Of a stretch of DNA of 64,000 nucleotides, positions 47,800 through 55,172 are shown in pieces. Source of the DNA: Patescibacteria group bacterium (GTDB taxonomy: Bacteria > Patescibacteriota > Microgenomatia > UBA1406); NCBI GenBank assembly GCA_041665145.1, contig JBAYJK010000001.1:229629-293628 (forward strand), written 5' to 3'. The position numbers and the translations under genes were made by a program. Every line of letters starts with the position of its first letter. Positions within the stretch are counted from its first letter, which is position 1. The notes under the pieces were generated by a model. The model was not told where the DNA came from. It searched no databases and saw only the letters and a list, made by a program, of their open reading frames with translations.

Positions 47800-48571
47800 T
47801 TGTTTTAACTAGTAAATTTGGAAAGATGCTGTGAAATCTGTTGACTATAGTCTGACAATATACCGGTGAGATTTCGGTCATCACACATGTTCTCCTTGTC
47901 TGCTGACACGCTAACAAAGTAGTTCCTGAACCTCCAAATCCGTCCCACACAATATCTCCTATTTGAGTGCTGTTCAATATTAGATGGCGAATTAAAGCTA
48001 CTGGTTTAGTGGTTGGATGTAACTTGCTTTTGTTAGGTTTAGGAAAACAGAGAACTGACTTATCTTTGCTTTTGTAGAATTCGTGCTTTCCAAACCAACC
48101 ATACAAGATGAGCTCATGTTGAGGATTATAGTCAAGTCGCCCGACAACATTATGATTTTTAGCCCAAATAAGAAGCTGCGAGAATTTACCACCTGCTGTT
48201 TCCAGAGCTTCCTTAACACTCCAAATCATTTTGTCCGAGTTAAAGATGTAGACGCTATTGGGAAGTATGAGGTGTTTTCTTACATTTTTAAGCCAGGAGC
48301 AGGTAAAGAGGGAGTATTCTTGTCCTGATCGTTGTTGATCATTAACGATGTTGGTTTGATTGGAAAGCTCGGCAAATCCCTCTTTTGCTTTGACCGTATC
48401 ACTGCCATATGGAGGATCAGTGACTACACAGCTAATTCTTCTGTCGCCAAGCATTTGTTGAAGTAACAGACTGTCCTCAGCTTTTCCACAACCTAGCATA
48501 TGATTCCCTAATTGGTATATATCTCCTAAGTTAATTGAGCCTGGCTGGTTTTGTTCCTGTAAGTTGTTCAT
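47783..48571 (-). CDS. DNA methyltransferase (N6-adenine/N4-cytosine type, beta class)
   Basis: Motif IV VTDPPYG and motif I FGGSGTTLLACQQTRR.CVMTEI. Confidence 0.8.
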   Translation of the reverse strand: MNNLQEQNQPGSINLGDIYQLGNHMLGCGKAEDSLLLQQMLGDRRISCVVTDPPYGSDTVKAKEGFAELSNQTNIVNDQQRSGQEYSLFTCSWLKNVRKHLILPNSVYIFNSDKMIWSVKEALETAGGKFSQLLIWAKNHNVVGRLDYNPQHELILYGWFGKHEFYKSKDKSVLCFPKPNKSKLHPTTKPVALIRHLILNSTQIGDIVWDGFGGSGTTLLACQQTRRTCVMTEISPVYCQTIVNRFHSIFPNLLVKTIAHDR

Positions 48572-49805
48572 AACGTAGTAGGATGAGATCTACGAAGACG
48601 GGGTCGATCTCAACGAGTAATGCCCGTCTTTTAAGTTGCTCTGCAGCAATCAATTGACTACCGCTTCCTGCAAAACAATCAAGAATATAGTCATCGACTT
48701 TAGTACACCTTCTCATTGCTTTCTCGTAGAGGGGAGGGGGTTTCATTGTTGGGTGCTGATATTCGGTTGCGGGCAGGCGATCAACTAACCAGATATTCAA
48801 CATATCCATAATATCGTCAATCGCGCGGTTGCCTGATGATATTTCTTTGTTTTGTATTTCTGTAAGGTTTCGGACAGTATCATTAAGGAAGGGCTTTCCG
48901 CGAGTACCGTAAATGCAGTATTCCGTCATTTTGTTGAAAGCTGTCTTAGCGGTTACAGATTGGTTGTTTTTAATCCAGATACAGAGACGTTTGTTTTCAA
49001 TTTTAAAGTCTCTGAATAACTGCTGAGTGAGTCCTACATATTTTTCATCTGACCAATAAAACACGTGAGTGTCTGGAGAAGCAACTGAGAGAGCGTTCTT
49101 CAATGAGGCTTCTAAAAGTTGGCGTTGCTCATCTTCGGTCCGTTGATCTTTTTCCTGCCCACCATAATTACTTTTATTACCAACCCCTCTTGAATAGTTC
49201 AATCCAATCCCAAACGGAGGATCACTGTTTATAAACGAGACCTTATTGTTTTCTGCGAGATGCTTTAGCACCAAAGGATCCCCGTTATCCCCACAGACAA
49301 CTCTATGTGGGCCAAGTTGAAACATGTCTCCAACTTTTGATACAGGATTATGAGCAACTTCCTTAATGGCTTTATCAAGGTTGAAATGATCATCTTCTAC
49401 TCCCAGCTCGCTATCCCAATATTTACTAAGGTCAATATCGTCTAGACCTGCGCGAATTAGGTCTTCAGGAGCGTATGACTTGAGGATTTCCCAATCCCAA
49501 TCGCCAGAATTAGCGTTACTTCTCAAGTTATAGTCTTTAAACTCCTGTTCGGTTAGTTTCCTGTTAGGAACTCTCACTTCTATTTCTTCATCAGCTCTGC
49601 CAAGTTGCACGAGTACTTTTATTCGCTGGTTCCCGGCAAGGACGATATTGTCTGTGTCGATTGCAGGTATTTCAACGAGGTTATAAATAGTAAGACCTTT
49701 CACCAGAATCTTTTGTTGATTCTCGGTTATATACCTCGGGTTGTCTTTGTAAAGATGTAGATCCCTCACTCTTCTTTTTTCCGTATGCCAGATAAGTTTT
49801 TCCAT
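48531..49805 (-). CDS. ParB-like nuclease domain fused to DNA methyltransferase
   Basis: N-terminal ParB-like region (..DNPR...E.....L...L......P.I......LAGNQR). MTase motif IV NSDPPFG and motif I FAGSGSQLIAAEQLKRRALLVEIDP. Confidence 0.8.
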   Translation of the reverse strand: MEKLIWHTEKRRVRDLHLYKDNPRYITENQQKILVKGLTIYNLVEIPAIDTDNIVLAGNQRIKVLVQLGRADEEIEVRVPNRKLTEQEFKDYNLRSNANSGDWDWEILKSYAPEDLIRAGLDDIDLSKYWDSELGVEDDHFNLDKAIKEVAHNPVSKVGDMFQLGPHRVVCGDNGDPLVLKHLAENNKVSFINSDPPFGIGLNYSRGVGNKSNYGGQEKDQRTEDEQRQLLEASLKNALSVASPDTHVFYWSDEKYVGLTQQLFRDFKIENKRLCIWIKNNQSVTAKTAFNKMTEYCIYGTRGKPFLNDTVRNLTEIQNKEISSGNRAIDDIMDMLNIWLVDRLPATEYQHPTMKPPPLYEKAMRRCTKVDDYILDCFAGSGSQLIAAEQLKRRALLVEIDPVFVDLILLRYEQLTGTKPARLN

Positions 49806-49834
49806 TTTTAACGTAAAGAACTTTTAATTAGCAC

Positions 49835-49892
49835 AAAAAAAGCGAACCTTGACAAGCCTCATTGTATTGAGTTGCTTATCCTGAAGGTTCGC
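49835..49892 (-). terminator. Strong intrinsic-terminator-like hairpin with U-tract on the minus strand, between a promoter and the ParB-MTase start
   Basis: On the minus strand, the 9-bp arms GCGAACCTT/AAGGTTCGC have further internal pairing (GATAAGC/GCTTGTC, CTCA/TGAG). Seven U follow (A-run 49835-49841 on plus). Confidence 0.55.
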
Positions 49893-49928
49893 CTTATTGC
49901 ATTAAGGGTAAAACAATGAACCATGAAA

Positions 49929-49957
49929 AATATAAGCTATATTCTCCCGTTTGTCAA
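49929..49957 (-). promoter_or_regulatory. Candidate sigma-70 promoter upstream of the ParB-MTase operon
   Basis: On the minus strand: TTGACA (49957-49952), 17 nt, TATATT (49934-49929). Confidence 0.5.
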
Positions 49958-50073
49958 GAGAATATATTGTTGTGACGCTCTAAATCCGAAGTAAAGCTGA
50001 GAAAAGCAAAGAAAACCTAAGAGTTGTAGATATGCGGTTTTTGCATAACAAAGAAACTGTAAGGTTATGTGCG

Positions 50074-50700
50074 TTACTCGTTTTTTCTTATTAGTCCGCA
50101 GTACTTTCCTCTTATGTGGATTTGTGATCTTCGATAAAATTTTGGCTGGTATGCAGAATCAGGATTATTGGGCCTTAATTCTATTTGATCCTCGTGTTTA
50201 TACAACCTTTTCAGGTTTGCCTTTTCGTCAGGGTCATCCGAAATTATCGCTACGGCTATTTCTCCATTATTAACATCATTTTGCTGTCTTACAACGATAT
50301 AGTCATTATTCATGATTCCATCGCCGAGCATACTGTTTCCATCAACCTTTAAACAATAATATGGAGCATCTGTCCTGACCATTGTTATAGAAACTTCGAC
50401 AAAGTCTGGATCAGGCTCCTCGAAAACACTAATTCCATCACCTGCAGATATGACTCCAAGTACAGGCAGGTGGACGGACTTAGATTCTGATCTGTCATTA
50501 AGAGCAATAGAGCGGGGTGTGTTCGGCTTCTTAATAATAAAGCCCTTCAGTACCAGCGTGCGAAGCCGAAATTGTGCTGCTGCCGAGGTGGTGCCCATAA
50601 ATTCAGCCATTTCCCTAAGAGTGGGAGCGCTCCCATGCTCTGGCATGTATCTTTTGATAAAATCAAGTAACTCCTGCTGCTTTTTTGTCAAAATACCCAT
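50074..50700 (-). CDS. lexA: LexA-family repressor (winged-helix DNA-binding domain + S24 autopeptidase)
   Basis: N-terminus LTKKQQELLDFIKRY..EHG.APTLREMAEFMG. Candidate Ala-Gly cleavage site in VISAGDG. S24 Ser (VDGNSM) and Lys (ANLKRL). Confidence 0.85.
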   Translation of the reverse strand: MGILTKKQQELLDFIKRYMPEHGSAPTLREMAEFMGTTSAAAQFRLRTLVLKGFIIKKPNTPRSIALNDRSESKSVHLPVLGVISAGDGISVFEEPDPDFVEVSITMVRTDAPYYCLKVDGNSMLGDGIMNNDYIVVRQQNDVNNGEIAVAIISDDPDEKANLKRLYKHEDQIELRPNNPDSAYQPKFYRRSQIHIRGKYCGLIRKNE

Positions 50701-50728
50701 TGAATTTTCAGAAGGAAAATGATATAAT
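50700..50728 (+). promoter_or_regulatory. Candidate promoter for the DUF2188/CBASS-like operon
   Basis: TTGAAT (50700-50705), 17 nt, TATAAT (50723-50728), with an extended -10 TG at 50720-50721. The -35 abuts the lexA start codon. Confidence 0.55.
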
Positions 50729-50744
50729 ATATATATGGTTAAGG

Positions 50745-50763
50745 ATATTGACTATACCAATAT
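50745..50763. promoter_or_regulatory. Palindrome ATATTG-N7-CAATAT, candidate shared operator
   Basis: Perfect 6-bp arms at 50745-50750 and 50758-50763, lying between the two divergent -10 elements. Confidence 0.4.
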
Positions 50764-50790
50764 TATAAGTTATCGATGCTAAGATGTCAA
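50762..50790 (-). promoter_or_regulatory. Consensus sigma-70 promoter for the LexA-family gene
   Basis: On the minus strand: TTGACA (50790-50785), exactly 17 nt, TATAAT (50767-50762). The -35 overlaps the DUF2188 ATG (50784-50786). Confidence 0.6.
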
Positions 50791-51023
50791 ACTACCATGT
50801 GGTAAGGAATTCTACGGGCGGTTGGGATGCTAAAAAGGAAAAATCAGAAAGGTCCAGTGGACATTTTAATACCCAGAGAGAAGCAGAATTGGAAGCAAAG
50901 CAGTTTGCGGCCAATAACGGCGGTGGCGAGGTAAAAATCCATGGATTGAATGGACAGATCCGGGATAGCGATACTGTTTCACCGGGCCACGATCCTAATC
51001 CTCCTGAAGATAAAAAGCACTAA
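50784..51023 (+). CDS. DUF2188-family small protein
   Basis: YHVV.N..GGW..KKE.SERSSG.F.TQREAE.EAKQFA.NNGGGEV.IHG.NGQIR matches the DUF2188 pattern as I remember it. It ends 4 nt before the NTase ATG. Confidence 0.65.
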   Translation: MSNYHVVRNSTGGWDAKKEKSERSSGHFNTQREAELEAKQFAANNGGGEVKIHGLNGQIRDSDTVSPGHDPNPPEDKKH

Positions 51024-51027
51024 AAAC

Positions 51028-51972
51028 ATGCAAATAACAGACACAGGACTCTATACTTTTTTGGGTGACCGAGTATTCCTTGACAGTGATACTTTGGAAG
51101 TCTATCGAAATCAGGCTAACAACCTCAAGAAGAAACTTCAGGACTACATTAATGAGAACCCTGAGTTCCAGTTGGTAAAAATGCTTAACTCGGGCTCTGT
51201 CGCCAAGGGAACTGCCTTGAAAACAATTAATGACATGGATGTTGCTGTCTATGTGCGCCCCGGCAAGATTCCAGATCATAAAGTGAATAAAATGTTGGAA
51301 TATTTGCGTGATGCATTGATCTCTGTGTATGGTGATACCATGACACCTGATCAATTTTCTATTGGTACGCATTGTGTGCGAGTTGGCTTTAAGGGTACTG
51401 GTTTGGATGTTGAAGTGGTCCCTGTTATCCCAAACGGGAAACCCGATGATCGTGGAGATGTTCTAAACAATGACAATGGCGAATGGGTAGAAACCTCAAT
51501 TCCTCTACATTTGGAGTTTATCCGAGAGCGTAAAAATCTATATCCGCAGTACGCGGAAATTGTTCGAATGACAAAGTGGTGGAGAAATCAGCGAGGTTTC
51601 AAGTTCAAGTCCTTTCTTATTGAGCTTTTATGGTGTCACATGGTTGACGCGCAATTGGTTTTGGAATCCCGCATAGAAGCTTTTGGGAAATTCCTACGAT
51701 ATATCCTTTCAACTCAACTTCAAGAGAAAATCGTTTTTACGGACTATTATCGAAGAGCCGAGGTTAAAGGTGATGATTCTCCAATTCAAGTCTATGATCC
51801 GATAAATCCCAAAAATAACGTTGGTATAACGATCACAGAGGCAGATAGACAGACCATAGTAAAAGAAGCCCAGTTAGCATTTGATGCTTTGGCAATGGCT
51901 TGTTCTGCATATACGAAAGAAAATGCAGTCGCAAATTGGCAGAAGATATTAGGATCAGGATTCAATCCGTAA
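51028..51972 (+). CDS. CD-NTase-like (cGAS/DncV-like, SMODS-type) nucleotidyltransferase
   Basis: NSGSVAKGTALKTINDMDVAVYV (G-S ... DxD) plus the third acidic strand GLDVEVVPV. A helical C-terminal half has a KWWR motif. First enzymatic gene of the operon. Confidence 0.7.
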   Translation: MQITDTGLYTFLGDRVFLDSDTLEVYRNQANNLKKKLQDYINENPEFQLVKMLNSGSVAKGTALKTINDMDVAVYVRPGKIPDHKVNKMLEYLRDALISVYGDTMTPDQFSIGTHCVRVGFKGTGLDVEVVPVIPNGKPDDRGDVLNNDNGEWVETSIPLHLEFIRERKNLYPQYAEIVRMTKWWRNQRGFKFKSFLIELLWCHMVDAQLVLESRIEAFGKFLRYILSTQLQEKIVFTDYYRRAEVKGDDSPIQVYDPINPKNNVGITITEADRQTIVKEAQLAFDALAMACSAYTKENAVANWQKILGSGFNP

Positions 51973-51977
51973 TTAAT

Positions 51978-52496
51978 ATGAGCTATCAAACAAGTACAGT
52001 CACAAGATCGAACACTATTACACACACCGATGTGCGGAATGTTATTTGGAAAATTAAGAGTGACATGTTTCAACTTAGGCTATTTCACGACATGTTTGAT
52101 GCCGAGTACGAAGAAGATATGTCCTACGATCTTTTTCAGTGGACTTATCGTGGATATGCTAACGCCATAAAGTTTCAATTCTATAACCCAACAACTTACT
52201 TGGCCCACTGCGAGATTAAATATGACATAATTCGTGGACAAATTGCTGGATCGGATGATGATGCGGGGTCAATTCCATTTTTAAATCTTAAAGGGACGTC
52301 CTTTCGAGTAGTCATAACCCCCAGCACTTCTTGGAATGGTTTGTCTGCTGAAGATAAACAAGCTTTTTACGATACGTTAAAGAGACAGTGGGGATCGTCT
52401 AATTTACAGCTCCAATATGCTGGTGGGTCTTGGTTACAAGACAAGACGTATTCAAGCAATAGCTTTGGCGCAAATAGATCAATTTATAAAATATGA
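51978..52496 (+). CDS. Bacterial HORMA-like protein (Cap7-like), tentative
   Basis: 173 aa, between the NTase and the AAA+ gene. T.T.TDVRNV..KIKSD....L, SDDDAG, W.GLSAEDKQAFYDTL..QW and QDKTYSS resemble CBASS HORMA proteins from memory. Not verifiable here. Confidence 0.45.
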   Translation: MSYQTSTVTRSNTITHTDVRNVIWKIKSDMFQLRLFHDMFDAEYEEDMSYDLFQWTYRGYANAIKFQFYNPTTYLAHCEIKYDIIRGQIAGSDDDAGSIPFLNLKGTSFRVVITPSTSWNGLSAEDKQAFYDTLKRQWGSSNLQLQYAGGSWLQDKTYSSNSFGANRSIYKI

Positions 52497-53707
52497 AAAT
52501 CACAATTTTGCAAAACGGGAAACAAATAAGAGACATTGAAGTTGGTATCGAGTTGATAATATCCGAAGCTGAAAGAAAAGGAAGTTCTGACCCAATTAAG
52601 GCTACAGTCGTAGAGATAGAACATATTCTGGAACAGGAAAGCATTTCTGTAAAAGAGGAAGAGCTTGCAAAGTTGAACTCAATTATTGCAGAATCGGTAA
52701 CAACAGGAAACTTTCCTGATTCTCTGGAATTACAGGCAAAAACTATGAGAAAAATACCATTTTTTAGTAAAAAAACAGAAACTATTAATCCCGCTTTACA
52801 ACAAGCTGGAAAGTTTTTTGAGGGAGTCATCTCCTATCCCAACGATGAATCAAAAGAAATATACGACAGCCTTATTGGCCTAGATGATATTAAAAAAAGA
52901 TTAACAAAAGAGGCTTCGCTATTGGTTGCGAGTGACAATTTGGAAAAGTGGAGTAAAAAGTACAACAAGAAAGTCCTTCTTGCCTGTAAAGCATTTGAAA
53001 GACGTACCCCATTAATAGTTTTTGCTGGAGATGTTGGTACGGGGAAAACAGCACTTGCAGAATCTTTTGGAAATGAGATCGCGCAACAGCTGAAATCTAA
53101 TGTGCACTTACTTAGGGTAAGTGTCCAAACTCGAGGTACAGGTCTTGTGGGCGAAATGACTCAACTCATCAACAAAGCGTTTAATGAAGCTAAAAGAGTT
53201 GCCGAGGCAGTTAATTCACCTATAATTCTTTTGGTTGATGAAGCTGATACATTAGCCCAGTCAAGGGAAGAATCGCAAATGCATCATGAGGATAAAGCAG
53301 GCGTTAATGCGTTGATACAAGGTATTGACCATGTCAGAGAAGCGCACGCTCCTATTTTAGTTGTATTCTGCACAAATAGAATCCAAGCAATTGACCCTGC
53401 AATAATGCGCAGAGCCGCAATTACGCATGAATTTTCTCGCCCGAGCCAAGAACAGTTGGGTATGGTATTTAAACAATATTTTGGAGATCTTGGTTTAACA
53501 GCTGAGCAATTGTCACAACTCATAAATGCAGCATCACCAAACTCTGGTCGCACATACGGTTTCACCTACTCAGATATTACTAATAGAGTAATTCCAACAA
53601 CTATATTGAAAGCCTATCCTGATAGGGCTTTAGAGTTTAATGACATACTAGAAACTGTTCAATCCTTACAACCAACTCCTCCATTTCAAGAAGGGAGACG
53701 ATCATGA
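52493..53707 (+). CDS. AAA+ ATPase (TRIP13/Pch2-like, Cap6-like)
   Basis: Walker A FAGDVGTGKTALAE, Walker B ILLVDEADTL, sensor-1 VVFCTNR and Arg region PAIMRRAA. ATGA overlap with the upstream gene. Confidence 0.7.
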   Translation: MKITILQNGKQIRDIEVGIELIISEAERKGSSDPIKATVVEIEHILEQESISVKEEELAKLNSIIAESVTTGNFPDSLELQAKTMRKIPFFSKKTETINPALQQAGKFFEGVISYPNDESKEIYDSLIGLDDIKKRLTKEASLLVASDNLEKWSKKYNKKVLLACKAFERRTPLIVFAGDVGTGKTALAESFGNEIAQQLKSNVHLLRVSVQTRGTGLVGEMTQLINKAFNEAKRVAEAVNSPIILLVDEADTLAQSREESQMHHEDKAGVNALIQGIDHVREAHAPILVVFCTNRIQAIDPAIMRRAAITHEFSRPSQEQLGMVFKQYFGDLGLTAEQLSQLINAASPNSGRTYGFTYSDITNRVIPTTILKAYPDRALEFNDILETVQSLQPTPPFQEGRRS

Positions 53708-55164
53708 CTGATTCGGCTTCACTATTAGGAAAGCAAGCCATGGGAGGATTGTATGGCGAAGGTGGATATAAATTTCAGGATGCTTATATTGTAAGCAAAA
53801 TACCAGACTGGATTTGCGACGCTAATTTTATACAAATTCTTAAAGAAGGTTCTGGTGATGTTGATATTGCATTTAATAAAGAAGATAAGCTTTTTAGAAT
53901 TTATACTCAAATAAAAGGTTACTCAATAACTCAATCAGAATTCAAAACCATTCTGAAAGAATTTAAGGTTAAGGACGCTTCTACCCCAAATACATACCAG
54001 AGATTTGTACTTGCAAGCACTGGTCTGAATGATGGAGTTACTAAACTAAAGACAGCGCTAGAAAGAATCAGAGGGTCAAAGGATTACTTTACACCACAAG
54101 ATCAAGTATCTGCTGATACATTGGCAAGCATTACTGCTATTGCTAAGGAATTGGGTGCTGATGCAGATATAAACTTTATTTTAGAAAAGGTTCATTTTGA
54201 CTTTGTATGGCCAGGATTTACTCAGCTCGAACAAGTTATTCGTCTTTTCTGTGGAGGGATGCAAAATGTTCAGAGCTACCAAGAAAAAATAAAATATTTT
54301 AGGCATATTTTTCACCCATTGTATTCATACATTGTGGATAGTTCTGGCAAAACTATTAACAGAGCTGATTTGGAAGCTAAAATGACCGAGTTTGTAGAAA
54401 ACTACAGACTTCAGATGGAAGAGCAAGGATTTACGCTCAGAATGTACCACTGGGAATCTACACCATACGAACTAAAACTTGAGTATGACGAAGTTTTAGA
54501 CTGGTCAAAACATTTTGAAAAAAATTCAAGAAAGATAGCTCCGCCAGAAGTATGGCAAAAAGAATTATTACCAGAGCTTTCTGATTTAGAAAAAAGAGTG
54601 CGAGAAAGCGGAACAGTTCGACTTATAAAGTTTGAGGGTTCAGCCTGTTTATCGGCTGGGGTTGCTCTTGGATGGGCATTCCCTGAGGTCGGCGAATACG
54701 TGATTGAACTGCTACCAAGATTAGGCCAGAAAACCGAACCATGGAGGACTGATACTTCGACACAGAGAGTCTTCAATTTAACCTCAGAAGACTGTGAAAT
54801 GTATGCTGACGGAAGTGGATTGGCTGTTAAATTCAATATCGTGGCCGATGTTACAACTGATTTAAATAAATATATCTCAGAGTCAGGAAGTCGATTTAAA
54901 GCAAGTCTTCAATTAACACCTGAAAGTGGAGTTGGCGAAACCATTACTAAAGAGTCAGCTATTAGTTATGCACGAAGTGCAAAGAGACTTATTAGAGAAG
55001 CGGTAACGAAATACAGCGTAGACAAGATATCTCTGTTTTTTGCAGGTCCACTGGGTATTGCCATCTTTTTAGGGCAATTATTGAATGCCATGCCGGAAGT
55101 CCAGTGCTACGAACAGAAACAAGATAGAGGTTACCAACTTTCTTGTTTAATACCTAGAACTTAA
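53704..55164 (+). CDS. Cap4-like effector: PD-(D/E)xK-type nuclease N-domain + SAVED-like C-domain
   Basis: The N-terminus GGYKFQDAY ... EGSGDVDIAF ... YTQIKG has a DUF4297/Cap4-like layout. The C-terminal ~250 aa, ending SLFFAGPLGIAIFLGQLLN, resemble SAVED. ATGA overlap upstream. Confidence 0.6.
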   Translation: MTDSASLLGKQAMGGLYGEGGYKFQDAYIVSKIPDWICDANFIQILKEGSGDVDIAFNKEDKLFRIYTQIKGYSITQSEFKTILKEFKVKDASTPNTYQRFVLASTGLNDGVTKLKTALERIRGSKDYFTPQDQVSADTLASITAIAKELGADADINFILEKVHFDFVWPGFTQLEQVIRLFCGGMQNVQSYQEKIKYFRHIFHPLYSYIVDSSGKTINRADLEAKMTEFVENYRLQMEEQGFTLRMYHWESTPYELKLEYDEVLDWSKHFEKNSRKIAPPEVWQKELLPELSDLEKRVRESGTVRLIKFEGSACLSAGVALGWAFPEVGEYVIELLPRLGQKTEPWRTDTSTQRVFNLTSEDCEMYADGSGLAVKFNIVADVTTDLNKYISESGSRFKASLQLTPESGVGETITKESAISYARSAKRLIREAVTKYSVDKISLFFAGPLGIAIFLGQLLNAMPEVQCYEQKQDRGYQLSCLIPRT

Positions 55165-55172
55165 TAAAAGCT

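Noticed and set aside
50067-50273. 68-aa plus-strand ORF overlapping the 3' end of the LexA-family gene
   Set aside because: It lies inside the strongly supported S24-domain coding region on the other strand and has no motif.
52399-52830. 143-aa minus-strand ORF inside the CBASS-like operon
   Set aside because: It is antisense to the HORMA-like/AAA+ junction and has a low-complexity translation. The plus-strand genes are translationally coupled across this region.
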